NCBI GenBank assembly: GCA_030039035.1
Contig: JASHQQ010000067.1
Coordinates: 110 to 64,109 of the forward strand
Reading direction: 5' to 3'
Length of the DNA: 64,000 bases
Source of the DNA: Acidobacteriaceae bacterium
Lineage (GTDB): Bacteria; Acidobacteriota; Terriglobia; Terriglobales; Acidobacteriaceae
The notes under the pieces were generated by a model. It ran no database searches, was not told the DNA's origin, and saw only the letters and a program-made list of their open reading frames with translations. Made by a program: the position numbers and the translations under genes. Positions 39,085 to 48,979 of this stretch are shown here, in pieces; position 1 is the first letter of the stretch, and every line of letters begins with the position of its first letter.

Positions 39085-39756
39085 ATGAAAGACTCGATCC
39101 ACGTTTCCAAGGAGAACTACCTCAAGGCGATCCTCGAGGCGGAAGCCGAAGGCCGACAGGTGATCCCCGCCACATTGGCGCATTGGCTCGAGGTCTCGGC
39201 TCCCGCGGTGACCATGGCCCTTAAACGCCTGCGCCGCGACGGGTTGGTCGAGATGGGCGCCGACGGTATCGTTCGACTCACTGCGGCCGGCCGCGAGACC
39301 GCCTACCGGACCGCGCTGCGCCACCACCTCATTGAGCGCATGCTGAGCGAGCTTTTCGGCATGGAGTGGTACCAGGTTCACGAGGAGGCCGAACGGCTGG
39401 AGCACGCCGTCTCGCCCGCATTCGAGGCCAAGCTTCTCGAGCGGCTGGGCAACACAGGCACCTGCCCGCACGGCAATGCCGTGCTGCCCGAAACGCCCGC
39501 TGAACGCAAAAAGCGCGGCGAGATTCCGCTTTCCGAGGCGGCCGCAGGCGGGCGCTACACAGTTGTCAGCCTGCACGAGCGCGATCCCAGGCTGCTGCTC
39601 TTTCTGCACTCAAGCGGCATCGACCCCAACAATACCTTGCGTGTTCTGAGCCAGAATTACGATCAAACCGTTTCGATTGAGCTGCCTGCAGGGACTTCCA
39701 TCCTCGGCCGCCCGGCTGCGGAAGCGGTCTGGCTGCGTCCGGCCAGCCAGGCGTAA
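39085..39756 (+). CDS. mntR: DtxR/MntR-family metal-dependent repressor with FeoA-like C-terminal domain
   Basis: 'ENYLKAI', 'VSAPAVTMALKRL', 'RHHLIER.L', 'VHEEAERLEHAVS', 'CPHGN'. Confidence 0.92.
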   Translation: MKDSIHVSKENYLKAILEAEAEGRQVIPATLAHWLEVSAPAVTMALKRLRRDGLVEMGADGIVRLTAAGRETAYRTALRHHLIERMLSELFGMEWYQVHEEAERLEHAVSPAFEAKLLERLGNTGTCPHGNAVLPETPAERKKRGEIPLSEAAAGGRYTVVSLHERDPRLLLFLHSSGIDPNNTLRVLSQNYDQTVSIELPAGTSILGRPAAEAVWLRPASQA

Positions 39757-39777
39757 GTAAAAATTAACAAAATAGTA

Positions 39778-39791
39778 TTAACCATACTTAA
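39778..39791. promoter_or_regulatory. Putative MntR/DtxR box upstream of mntH
   Basis: TTAA-CCATAC-TTAA in a very AT-rich gap between the regulator and the Nramp gene. Resembles SloR/PsaR-type TTAAC-N4-CTTAA boxes. Confidence 0.6.
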
Positions 39792-39845
39792 CAAGCTGTG
39801 GCATACTATGGCTGAACGGATGGTTGGTCACCTTCCCCGCTTGCC

Positions 39846-41174
39846 ATGGCCGCCGATCTCTCCATCGCGATCGCCAAACCCTCGTTGCCCGAGGTGCATG
39901 CCAGTGTCCGCATTTCGCCCTCGCCGCTGTTCTGGCGGCGGCTGATCGGCTTTCTGGGCCCGGGTTTCCTGATCTCCGTCGGCTACATGGACCCCGGCAA
40001 CTGGGCCACCGACATCGCCGGCGGTTCGCGCTTCGGATACACGCTGCTCTTCGTCATCATGGCCTCGAATCTGATGGCCATCCTGCTGCAAAGCCTCTCG
40101 CTCAAGCTCGGCGTGGCCACCGATCGCGACCTGGCCCAGCTATGCCGCGAAACCACCAGCCTCCCGGTAAGCTGGGCGCTGTGGATCCTCGCCGAGATCG
40201 CCATCGCCGCCTGCGATCTGGCCGAAGTCATCGGCTCGGCGATCGCGCTTAATCTGCTCTTCCACATTCCGCTCTTCTACGGCGTGCTGATCACCGGCCT
40301 CGACGTGCTGCTGATCCTGCTGCTGCAGCGCTGGGGATTCCGCTACATTGAGGCGCTGGTGATCGCGCTCATCGGCACCATCCTTCTTCTGTTCGTTGTG
40401 CAGGTGTTTTTCTCGCGCCCCGAGCTTTGGCCGGTGCTGCGCAACCTGGCCGTTCCCTCACCCTCGATCCTGACCAATCCGGCCATGCTCTACATCGCCA
40501 TCGGCATGCTGGGCGCAACGGTGATGCCGCACAACCTCTACCTGCACTCCTCGATCGTGCAGAGCCGAAGATACAAGCGCACGCCCGAAGGCCGCCGCGA
40601 AGCCATCCGCATGGCCAACATCGATTCGGCGCTCGCCCTTACCATTGCGCTCTTCGTCAATGCCGCGATTCTCATCGTCGCCTCGGCGGTCTTTCACCGC
40701 AGCGGGCATTTCGAGGTTGCCGCCATTGAAGATGCCTTCAGGCTGCTGTCGCCGCTGGTTGGCGCAGCCGGCGCAAGCACGCTCTTCGCCGTGGCGCTGC
40801 TCGCCTCCGGGCAAAACTCATCGATCACCGGCACGCTCGCCGGCCAGGTGGTGATGGAGGGCTTCGTGCAGATGAAAGTGGCGCCCTGGCTGCGCCGCCT
40901 GATTACGCGCTCGCTGGCCATCATTCCCACGATCATCGTGGTCTGGTTCATGGGCGAGCGCGGCACCGAAGACCTGCTGCTCTTCAGCCAGGTCATTCTC
41001 TCGCTGCAATTGAGCTTCGCCGTCGTCCCGCTGGTCCACTTCACCTCGAGCCGCAAGTTCATGGGTCAGTTCGTCAATCGCTCGTGGCTCAAGGCGCTGT
41101 CGTGGTCGGTCGCCGTTCTCATTGCCGCGCTGAATGGATGGTTCCTGTTGCTGATGGCGCAGGGCAAGGCTTAG
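39846..41174 (+). CDS. mntH: Nramp-family divalent metal (Mn2+) transporter
   Basis: 'GPGFLISVGYMDPGNW', 'LGATVMPHNLYLHS', 'GQNSSITGTLAGQVVMEGF', 'SQVILSLQL'. Confidence 0.97.
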   Translation: MAADLSIAIAKPSLPEVHASVRISPSPLFWRRLIGFLGPGFLISVGYMDPGNWATDIAGGSRFGYTLLFVIMASNLMAILLQSLSLKLGVATDRDLAQLCRETTSLPVSWALWILAEIAIAACDLAEVIGSAIALNLLFHIPLFYGVLITGLDVLLILLLQRWGFRYIEALVIALIGTILLLFVVQVFFSRPELWPVLRNLAVPSPSILTNPAMLYIAIGMLGATVMPHNLYLHSSIVQSRRYKRTPEGRREAIRMANIDSALALTIALFVNAAILIVASAVFHRSGHFEVAAIEDAFRLLSPLVGAAGASTLFAVALLASGQNSSITGTLAGQVVMEGFVQMKVAPWLRRLITRSLAIIPTIIVVWFMGERGTEDLLLFSQVILSLQLSFAVVPLVHFTSSRKFMGQFVNRSWLKALSWSVAVLIAALNGWFLLLMAQGKA

Positions 41175-41249
41175 AGCCCAGCGACCAGATCTTCAGACTA
41201 TCTCGATATCCCTGAATATGCTCCGGCTGTGCGAAGCTAATCGAATAGC

Positions 41250-42584
41250 ATGGCCGCGCCTGCATCTCTTCATCGTTACAAGTGGTACGTCGTCGCCATG
41301 CTGTGGTGGATCGCGTTCTTCAACTACGCAGACCGCCAGTCCATCTTCTCGCTCTTTCCGCTTCTCTCCCGCGAATTCCGGCTGAACGATGTGCAGCTCG
41401 GCCTGCTCGGCTCGTCGTTTGCCGCCGTCTACGGCATTTCCGCTCCCCTCATGGGATTCATTGTCGATCGCGTCCAGCGCAAGGCGTCGATCCTCGGCGG
41501 CCTGCGCATCTGGAGCCTCATCTGCATGGCGACCGCGCTCTCGCGCTCGTTCGCTTCGCTGATCTTCTTTCGCGCCGCCGAAGGCCTGGGCGAGACGATC
41601 TACTTCCCTGCCTCGATGTCGTTCATCAGCGACTATCACGGCAAAGGCACACGCTCGCGCGCCATGGGGCTGCATCAGACCAGCGTCTATATCGGCACCA
41701 TTGCCGGCGGATTCTTCGCCGGGCTCATCGGCCAGCGCTACGGGTGGAGATCTTCGTTCGTCGTCTTTGGCGCGGCGGGCATCGTGTTGAGCTTCATTCT
41801 CAGCCGGCTGCTCGTCGAGCCCGCCCGCGGCGCCGCCGATCTCGCCGATACGCAATCTTCTGCGATCCCACCCTTGCAGCGATCTGAAGCTCACGGCGAG
41901 GGTGGGGCACCCACTATCTCGTTTTGGAATTTTCTCCAACTCATTCCTGCGCGACCGTCGCTGGCGCTCTGCATGGCCGGGTTTCTCTTCCAGAACTTCA
42001 CCACGATGGTTCTCTTCACGTGGATGCCGACGCTGCTCTTCCGCAAGTTTCATCTCTCGCTTGCGCTCGCCGGCCTCACGGCAACCGTCTTTGTGCAGTC
42101 GGCTAGCATGATCGGTTCGCCGCTCGGCGGCTGGCTCGCCGATGCGCTGCGCAGGCGCATGGCAGGCGGGCGAATGCTTGCGCAGGCCATCGCTGCCGGC
42201 TTCGAGATCCCCTTTGTGGCCGTGTGCGCGCTGACGCAGTCATGGACCTTGCTGATCGCCAGCCTCCTGCTCTGGGGCGGCTTCAAAGGCATCTACGAAG
42301 CGAACATCTTCGCTTCGGTCTTCGACGTCGTTCCTCCCGAAGCGCGGGGAACGGCGACGGGCTTGATGAATCTGGTGGGCTGGCTCGCCGGGGCCGGCAC
42401 GGCTCCGGTCACCGTGGGCCTGCTCGCCGGGCGCATCGGCCTGAGCCGCGCTGTTGCGCTCACCGCCGCAGCCTGCGCGGCAGCGTGCATCCTGCTTCTG
42501 GCAGCCGCTCTGGTTTTTGCCCGGCGCGACACGCTGTCGCTCGAATCCGCGCTTGCGTCACCGGCCTCGAATAGAATCGGATGA
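41250..42584 (+). CDS. MFS transporter (ACS/spinster-like)
   Basis: 'FNYADRQ', 'GLGETIYFPASMS.ISDYH...RSRAMG.H', 'GGWLAD', 'RGTATGLMN', about 12 TM segments. Confidence 0.92.
   Translation: MAAPASLHRYKWYVVAMLWWIAFFNYADRQSIFSLFPLLSREFRLNDVQLGLLGSSFAAVYGISAPLMGFIVDRVQRKASILGGLRIWSLICMATALSRSFASLIFFRAAEGLGETIYFPASMSFISDYHGKGTRSRAMGLHQTSVYIGTIAGGFFAGLIGQRYGWRSSFVVFGAAGIVLSFILSRLLVEPARGAADLADTQSSAIPPLQRSEAHGEGGAPTISFWNFLQLIPARPSLALCMAGFLFQNFTTMVLFTWMPTLLFRKFHLSLALAGLTATVFVQSASMIGSPLGGWLADALRRRMAGGRMLAQAIAAGFEIPFVAVCALTQSWTLLIASLLLWGGFKGIYEANIFASVFDVVPPEARGTATGLMNLVGWLAGAGTAPVTVGLLAGRIGLSRAVALTAAACAAACILLLAAALVFARRDTLSLESALASPASNRIG
41866..41912. repeat. REP-like palindromic repeat, family A, copy 3, in frame inside the MFS gene
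   Basis: TCCCACCCTTGC-N18-GCGAGGGTGGGGCACCC. Ungapped 47-nt alignment to 11239-11285 gives 33/47 identity (25/29 in the arms). Confidence 0.7.
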
Positions 42585-42608
42585 GGCATCGCACGAGGAG
42601 AACTGTGC

Positions 42609-43643
42609 ATGAAGGCACTCGTCAAGAGCAAGGCGGAGCCGGGCCTGTGGCTGGAAGAGATTGCCAGGCCGGCGATCGGCATCAACGACGTGCTGATCCG
42701 CGTGCGCTATACCGGCATCTGCGGCACCGACGTGCATATCTATAACTGGGATGAGTGGGCGCGGAAAACCATCCCCGTGCCCATGGCGATCGGGCACGAG
42801 TTCGTCGGCCAGATCGTCGAGGTCGGCTCCAACGTCAGCGATCTCTATCCCGGCGATATCGTCTCCGGCGAGGGTCACGTGGTATGCGGCCGCTGCCGCA
42901 ACTGTCTCGCGGGCCGTCGCCATCTCTGCGCGCACACCCACGGCGTGGGCGTGAACCGCCCCGGCGCCTTCGCCGAGTTTATTGCGCTGCCCATGACCAA
43001 CATCTGGCGGCACGATTCCAGAATCGATCAGGAAGTCGCCGCCATCTTCGATCCCTTCGGCAACGCCGTGCACACCGCGCTCTCGTTTCCCGTGCTCGGC
43101 GAAGACGTGCTCATCACCGGCGCGGGGCCCATCGGCATCATGGCCATTCCCGTGGTGCGCCACGCCGGCGCGCGCCACGTGGTCGTCACGGATCTGAATC
43201 CCTTCCGCCTCGAGCTCGCCGGCCGCATGGGCGCCACGCTTGCCGTCGATCCCACCAGGACTCCGCTCGCCGACGTGCAGAAGCAGCTCGGCATGATGGA
43301 AGGTTTCGACGTGGGACTGGAAATGTCGGGCAATCCGCAGGCGCTGCGCGACATGATCGCCAACATGAGCCATGGCGGCAAAATCGCCGTACTGGGCATT
43401 CCCTCCAAGGACGTTACGCTCGATCTGCGCGCCGTGATCTTCGACATGATCACCATCAAGGGCATCTACGGCCGCGAGATGTACGAGACCTGGTACAAGA
43501 TGAGCGTGATGCTGGAGTCGGGCGTGGACATCACGCCGGTGATCACGCATCGCTTCTCGTACAGCGACTTCCAGAAAGGCTTCGACGCGATGATCTCCGG
43601 CCAGGCCGCCAAGGTCATCCTAGACTGGACCAGCCTGGCGTAG
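42609..43643 (+). CDS. tdh: L-threonine 3-dehydrogenase
   Basis: '[16 protein letters not shown]', 'GHEFVG', 'SGEGH..CGRCRNC.AGRRHLC', '[13 protein letters not shown]', '[15 protein letters not shown]'. Confidence 0.96.
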   Translation: MKALVKSKAEPGLWLEEIARPAIGINDVLIRVRYTGICGTDVHIYNWDEWARKTIPVPMAIGHEFVGQIVEVGSNVSDLYPGDIVSGEGHVVCGRCRNCLAGRRHLCAHTHGVGVNRPGAFAEFIALPMTNIWRHDSRIDQEVAAIFDPFGNAVHTALSFPVLGEDVLITGAGPIGIMAIPVVRHAGARHVVVTDLNPFRLELAGRMGATLAVDPTRTPLADVQKQLGMMEGFDVGLEMSGNPQALRDMIANMSHGGKIAVLGIPSKDVTLDLRAVIFDMITIKGIYGREMYETWYKMSVMLESGVDITPVITHRFSYSDFQKGFDAMISGQAAKVILDWTSLA

Positions 43644-43694
43644 TTACCGCGTCGTTCCGCTCTCACGCCGGCTTCGCTGCCGCCTGCCGGGGAC

Positions 43695-44378
43695 TCAGTA
43701 CATCCAACTGCACTCGCGGGTGAAAGCGGTCGTCTCCGCGCGACGCCATTTCCCGCCGGCTTTCCCGGCCGCGAAGATGCCGCCGCTGCCGCAAAAGCTG
43801 CCGCACATCCTCACAATCGAAACCAATGCCTCCGTGTGCGCGCGGTTGAATCCCGGAACGCCCAGAAAGCGCACATTCGCGATTTGTCTGTATCCGTCGC
43901 ATTGCGCGGCATTGTGAAAGTGCGTGTCGAGGCAACTTTGAACCGTGGACGCCTCGACGCGCGAAATCAGCCGGTATCCTTGCGGGATCGTGAACCTGGG
44001 CTCCCAACGGTGGCTTTGCCGGTTGGCGGCTGCAAAGGCGTCGGCCATTTCGCGCTCCTGCGGCGTGGATGGCTGCAGGCAACTGCCGTTCACCTGCGGG
44101 ATGTCGGTCACAGAATCCTCCGAGAAGACCAGCGGATCCTGCGTCGAAGCCTGATAGAGAGCGGAGTAGACCTCGTACGCATCTTCCGGCGCCGATCCGC
44201 CTCCCGGCTGGTTCAGCGGACTGGCCAACGACAGATCGGCAATCGGCCCGGGAGCCGGCGCCTTCGCAGGGAGCCGCCAGACGATACGTGCGACGAGTAT
44301 CGCCAGCGTCGCCGCGATCACCGTTGCGCACGCCCACAAGCCGCGTTTGAGACGTCGATGCGTCGCCCGAGTGTCCAT
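43695..44378 (-). CDS. Hypothetical membrane-anchored/periplasmic Cys-containing protein
   Basis: One N-terminal TM/signal after a basic stretch, CGSFCGSG motif, ends in CSWMY. Fills the gap between tdh and the kinase gene. Confidence 0.6.
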   Translation of the reverse strand: MDTRATHRRLKRGLWACATVIAATLAILVARIVWRLPAKAPAPGPIADLSLASPLNQPGGGSAPEDAYEVYSALYQASTQDPLVFSEDSVTDIPQVNGSCLQPSTPQEREMADAFAAANRQSHRWEPRFTIPQGYRLISRVEASTVQSCLDTHFHNAAQCDGYRQIANVRFLGVPGFNRAHTEALVSIVRMCGSFCGSGGIFAAGKAGGKWRRAETTAFTRECSWMY

Positions 44379-44506
44379 CCGCCGCAATTCGAACTGACCG
44401 TCGAATGTCCCCGCCAGACATTATCGCTCTCATGTTTCTGAGTGGACGGTGGAAACACGCGGCGGCGGAAAGTGCGCCCGATGACGCAATCGCTTCGCGG
44501 TCCGGC

Positions 44507-47416
44507 TTATGGCTTTCCCTGTTTTTCCGGCGCCAACGGCAATCGGATATGGAATGTGGTCCCCTTGCCCACTTCGCTGTCAAAGGTCAGCGTCCCCTTG
44601 TGACGCTCCACGACGACCGAGCGCGCAATCGCCAGGCCCTGACCGGTGCCGCGTCCCACTTCCTTGGTGGTGAAAAAGGGATCGTAGATCTTGCCGCGAA
44701 TTGCCTCGGGGATGCCCGAGCCGGTGTCGGAAATGCTGATCAGCACCATGTCGCCTTCGCTCGCCGTGCGCACCCGAATGCGCCCCTTCCGGCCGTCTTT
44801 CACCACATCGGCAATGGCGTGCGCGGCGTTGACGAGCAGATTCAGGAAAACCTGATTGAGATCGCTGACGTTGCAGACGACCAGCGGCAATTCGCCAAAA
44901 TCGGATTCAATCTCGGCGACATATTTCAGCTCGTTCCGCGCCACCGTCATGGTGCTTTGCAACGCCCGGTTGAGGTCGGCAGCAGCCATCTCCCTGGCTT
45001 CCGGGTGCGCGAATTCCTTCATGGCGCGCACAATCGTCGCCACCCTCTCGACGCCATCCAGAGTCTGCGCCAGCGCCGACGGGATTTCCCCCAGCAGATA
45101 ACTGCAATCCGTCTCCTCCTCGACGCGTTGCACGCCGGCCAGAAGATCGGGGCCGACCGGGCCGGCGGCAAACGCGTCGCGCAATTCCCTGTAGCGGCCG
45201 AGAACAGCTTCGAGCGACGCGAAGGCATCGCGCAGAAAGCGCACATTGTCGCCGATGAATTGCACCGGAGTGTTGATTTCATGGGCGATTCCCGAACCCA
45301 GGCGGCCCACGGACTCCAGCTTCTGCGCATTGCGCAACTCCATTTCCGCAATCTGGCGACCGGTAATGTCCCGCGCGATTCCCTGAACGCCAATCGGGAT
45401 TCCGTCCTCATAGATCAGCCGCGGGTTCACTTCGACCAATACGCGGCGGCCGTCCCTGGCGATCATCTCGACTTCGGCCTTGACACGCTGTTCTCCCGCC
45501 AGCAGCCGGGCTCGCGCTTGCCGGAAAGCGTCCCGCGATGCAGGAGCAACCCACTGCCAGACGGTTCGTTGAGCCGCTTCCTCCTGCGAACAAGCGAACA
45601 TCAATTGGCCGGCGCGATTCAACGCCGTGAAGCGCCCGTCGAGATCGGTGGTATAGACAACGTCGCTTGCGTTCTCGAAGAGTTCGCGATAGCGCGCCTC
45701 GCTCTGGCGCAATGCTTCTTCCGCCCGTTTTCGCTCCGTGGTGTCCTCAACATGAGTAACAAAATGCGAAGGCTTGCCGGAGCCATCCAGTACGGCGGAG
45801 ATATTGAGACGAACCCAGACCACTTTGCCGCACTTGTGGATGTATCTTTTTTCGAGATCGAGAGTGGTGGCTTCGCCTCGACGGAACCGATCCGCCACCC
45901 GACAGGAACGCTCGAGGTCGTCGGGATGAGTGATTTGCTGCCAGGCTCCGGCTTGCAACTCTTGCGACGAGTAACCCAGCATCTGGCACAGTGCCGCGTT
46001 GGCGTGCAGGAACCGGCCATCCAGCGCGGTCATGCACATGCCGTAGGGCGCCTCTTCGAACGCGGTCCGAAAACGGTCCTCGCTCTCCCGAAGCGATGCT
46101 TCGGCGCGCTTGCCCTCGATAAACTGGGCCACGATGTGGGCGACGGATTCAAGAGCCTGCACCGCGGCGGTCGACAGCGGATCGCGGGCCAGCACTGCCA
46201 TGACGCCCAGGATGCGATCCCCGACCCGGAGAGGATAGCCTGCAAAGTTCGGGATTCCGTCCTGCCGGGTCCGTTCGCGGTCCTCCACCCGGCGATCTTC
46301 AGGCTCATTGCGACCTGGCCAGGGCTCGCCGCTCCCGGCGATTTGCAGGATGATCGGCCACTGGAACAATGCCTGTGCGCTTGCGCCATCCATCGGCGCA
46401 TCCGGCCCCGCACCCGCCTGCCATTCGGGGATGCCTTCCCGTCCGCTGACAGTCCAGATGCCGACGAACGCGGCGTTGGCGTGGGCGGCCAGGATCGCGG
46501 CGCATCTTTGCAAGCTTTGTTGCAGGCCTGTGGCGGCGTTGAGCGCTACTCCCAGTTCCGCAATCAGCGTCGCCAGACGGTGCCGTTCGGCCATGGCCGA
46601 CTCGGCCTGCTTGCGTTCCGTGATGTCCTGATAAAGAGCCAGGAGCCCGCACGTCTTGCCGTCCATCCGTACCGGTGCGGCAAAGATCTCCACGTCCATC
46701 AAGGCGCCATCCTTGCGGCGGCGACGGACGGCGGCGTGCAGGCCTCCCTCGGTGAAACATCGCCCGGTCAAGCTCGCGGACTCCGCGGCAAACTCCGTCG
46801 GAACGATCAGGTCATCCAGTCTGACGCCCCGACTCTCCCCGGATGTGTAACCGAACAGCTTTTCAAATGCGGAGTTGGATATCCGGACGCGCAAGGCCGC
46901 ATCCAGGACAAGGATACCCAAGGGACTCATTTCAATCAGGGAGTTGAGATAGTTCGTCCGCTCCCTGAGGACGGTCTCCGCGCGTTTCCGTTCCGTAATG
47001 TCGAGAAAGCTCTCCAGAAGATGAGGCCTGCCCGAGATCGTCACGGGGCTGACCGTCTTGATGATGGCGCGCTGCTCTCCGGTCGATGTGAGCAGGATGC
47101 GTTCGGAGTTGTCGACCGGCTGTCCGAGGTCGGTGACCGGGCAATGGCCGCATTCTGCCGGACACACGAACTTGTGGCAAATGGCGCCCACGACATTCGC
47201 GCGCGACATGCCGATCATCTTCAACGCGATGGGATTGGCATCGACGATCCGGTGGTTCCCGGGATCGATGATGAGGATGCCGGTCTCCACGCCCTCGAAG
47301 ATGGCTTGAAGCCGGCTCTGCGACTCCTCCAGGGCTCGCTGCAAGTCGCGGGCATCCTGCAACTCGCGAAGCGGATGGGGTCGGCCGCACTCGGGGGCGT
47401 CGTCGTCGCGGCTCAT
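44507..47416 (-). CDS. Soluble multi-PAS/GAF sensor histidine kinase (NtrB-like core)
   Basis: Four PAS-PAC units ending D[IT]T.R, a GAF-like region, H-box 'GIAHEINTPVQFI', 'QVFLNLLVNAAHAI', 'DTGSGI', 'FFTTKEVGRGTGQGL'. Start uncertain (47416-47521). Confidence 0.92.
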   Translation of the reverse strand: MSRDDDAPECGRPHPLRELQDARDLQRALEESQSRLQAIFEGVETGILIIDPGNHRIVDANPIALKMIGMSRANVVGAICHKFVCPAECGHCPVTDLGQPVDNSERILLTSTGEQRAIIKTVSPVTISGRPHLLESFLDITERKRAETVLRERTNYLNSLIEMSPLGILVLDAALRVRISNSAFEKLFGYTSGESRGVRLDDLIVPTEFAAESASLTGRCFTEGGLHAAVRRRRKDGALMDVEIFAAPVRMDGKTCGLLALYQDITERKQAESAMAERHRLATLIAELGVALNAATGLQQSLQRCAAILAAHANAAFVGIWTVSGREGIPEWQAGAGPDAPMDGASAQALFQWPIILQIAGSGEPWPGRNEPEDRRVEDRERTRQDGIPNFAGYPLRVGDRILGVMAVLARDPLSTAAVQALESVAHIVAQFIEGKRAEASLRESEDRFRTAFEEAPYGMCMTALDGRFLHANAALCQMLGYSSQELQAGAWQQITHPDDLERSCRVADRFRRGEATTLDLEKRYIHKCGKVVWVRLNISAVLDGSGKPSHFVTHVEDTTERKRAEEALRQSEARYRELFENASDVVYTTDLDGRFTALNRAGQLMFACSQEEAAQRTVWQWVAPASRDAFRQARARLLAGEQRVKAEVEMIARDGRRVLVEVNPRLIYEDGIPIGVQGIARDITGRQIAEMELRNAQKLESVGRLGSGIAHEINTPVQFIGDNVRFLRDAFASLEAVLGRYRELRDAFAAGPVGPDLLAGVQRVEEETDCSYLLGEIPSALAQTLDGVERVATIVRAMKEFAHPEAREMAAADLNRALQSTMTVARNELKYVAEIESDFGELPLVVCNVSDLNQVFLNLLVNAAHAIADVVKDGRKGRIRVRTASEGDMVLISISDTGSGIPEAIRGKIYDPFFTTKEVGRGTGQGLAIARSVVVERHKGTLTFDSEVGKGTTFHIRLPLAPEKQGKP

Positions 47417-47592
47417 ACCGGGACCATGACAGGCCATGACGCAGGGAGCGGGATCGCCGTCGAACCGGTGCAAACGTAGGTCACGGTAACCTGCCGCTTC
47501 TTCCGATTCCATGAGAAGCACGTCACAGTTAGCGGGTTCTCAATATCAATCTGACTTCGCTTAGAATCGGCAAATTCTGTCGATGATGATCA

Positions 47593-47619
47593 AGATCGGC
47601 AAATCCGGAAGGAACTTGA
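47593..47619 (-). promoter_or_regulatory. Sigma28 (FliA)-type promoter for the PAS kinase
   Basis: Minus strand TCAA-N15-GCCGATCT versus consensus TAAA-N15-GCCGATAA. Confidence 0.55.
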
Positions 47620-47647
47620 AGGGAGTCAATTTCCAGACAGCGGAGCA

Positions 47648-48124
47648 TCAGGGTTCCTTCTCCGGTTCGGTCAGAATCGTGACCCAGAAGAATCCGTCGG
47701 GCGAATCGAAGGCGCATTGCAGCATGAGCTCGGCCCGGCAAAAGCGCACCCGATAGTCTCCTCCATCCACGACCGAAGGCATGGAGAGGCTGATGCCGCG
47801 CGTCACGACGCATTTGAGATTCCCGCCGATCATGTTGGCCACTTCTCCCAGCACGTCCCGAACCGTGTCGTCCACGGTATCGGGCAAGTCGATCGACAGG
47901 AATCGGGCCGCGAAAGCGCAGGCCTGCCGGCGATCGCACTCGAGCAAGACCACTCCATTCCAGTCGCCCGACAGATGCACGGCCGCCGTCAGGCGGTTGC
48001 CGTCCGGCGACCAGGGGTCGGAAGATGGCACGATCTCCAGGCCGATCATGGTGGAGAAAACCGACTGGACGATCTGAACCAGATCGGAGACCTCGATGCA
48101 TACCTTCATCGCAGACGCTGACAT
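47648..48124 (-). CDS. cheX: CheX-family phosphatase
   Basis: 'VFSTM', 'V.LSGDW.G', 'DVLGEVANMIGGNLK', 'LSMPSVV.G'. Confidence 0.9.
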   Translation of the reverse strand: MSASAMKVCIEVSDLVQIVQSVFSTMIGLEIVPSSDPWSPDGNRLTAAVHLSGDWNGVVLLECDRRQACAFAARFLSIDLPDTVDDTVRDVLGEVANMIGGNLKCVVTRGISLSMPSVVDGGDYRVRFCRAELMLQCAFDSPDGFFWVTILTEPEKEP

Positions 48125-48136
48125 TGGCGATTCTCC

Positions 48137-48967
48137 TCACTTGGCGACATAGACGGTCGCGGCTCCAATGCTCCGCCGCTCGAACCAGCGGTCGACGCCG
48201 ATCGCCGTCTCGGCCCCGCCGAGCAGCAGCCAGCCGCCGCGAAAGAGCGTGGCGTGGAGCTCGCGCAGGATCTGGTCCTTGGTCCGGGCGTCGAAGTAGA
48301 TCATGACGTTGCGGCAGAAGACCAGATCGAACGGTCCGAGCGCCCGCATGCTCTTGCGCAGGTCGATCAACTCGAACTGCGCCAGCCGGCGCGCTTCCTC
48401 GCCCAGTTGCCATTCCATGCCCGCGCGGCGGAAGTATTTGACCAGCAGGGACGCCGGCAGCCCGCGGTTCACTTCGATCTGCTGATACTTGCCTGTCCGG
48501 GCGCGTTCCACGACTTTGGAGGCAAAATCGGTGCCCAGAATCTGAAGGTTCCAGTTGCCGAATCCTTCTTCCAGCAGCAGCATCGCGAGACTGTAGGCTT
48601 CCTGTCCGGTGGACGACGCCGCCGACCAGAACCGCATTCTTCTCGTATCGCGCCGCTCTTCCCGCAGGCGAGGCAGCAGAACCGACCGGATGGAATCGTA
48701 CTGGGCCGGATCGCGGAAAAAGTACGTTTCGTTGGTGGTCATCGCCTCAACCACCCGGCGATTGACTTCCGTTTCCCGCCCTGCCTTGAGCAGCGTGCAC
48801 AGATCGTTGATCGAACCGAGCCCGAGCTGCCTTACGATGGGCGAGAGCCGGCTTTCGAAAAGGTACTGCTTGTCGTCCTCGAATACGATGCCGGCCTCGG
48901 AATAGATACGATCCCGCAGGAACCGATAGTTGTCGGAAAAAATCGGGACTGTCTCGACCGCGGACAT
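48137..48967 (-). CDS. cheR: Chemotaxis methyltransferase CheR
   Basis: 'MTTNETYFFRD', 'WSAASSTGQEAYSLAM', 'FDLVFCRNVMIYF', 'LGGAET'. Confidence 0.96.
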   Translation of the reverse strand: MSAVETVPIFSDNYRFLRDRIYSEAGIVFEDDKQYLFESRLSPIVRQLGLGSINDLCTLLKAGRETEVNRRVVEAMTTNETYFFRDPAQYDSIRSVLLPRLREERRDTRRMRFWSAASSTGQEAYSLAMLLLEEGFGNWNLQILGTDFASKVVERARTGKYQQIEVNRGLPASLLVKYFRRAGMEWQLGEEARRLAQFELIDLRKSMRALGPFDLVFCRNVMIYFDARTKDQILRELHATLFRGGWLLLGGAETAIGVDRWFERRSIGAATVYVAK

Positions 48968-48979
48968 TCTGTCTGTCTC

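Noticed and set aside
38935-39609. Apparent N-terminal extension of the second ADOP (similar extensions on the protease, cheY 59332-60909, solA 59263, the OFA transporter 7886 and the FAD oxidoreductase 25999)
   Set aside because: The extensions overlap other real genes or intergenic DNA. Family motifs, and SD sites where present, point to the shorter starts, so these are not fusions.
42609-43643. tdh without an adjacent kbl as a novel pathway
   Set aside because: tdh and kbl are often unlinked, and kbl may lie outside the window.
44405-47479. 1024-aa plus-strand ORF, and similar long antisense ORFs (23811-26090, 29987-31972, 48254-50140, 50212-52662, 52696-54837)
   Set aside because: They lie antisense to well-supported genes and have no recognisable motifs. 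Such shadow ORFs are expected in high-GC coding DNA.
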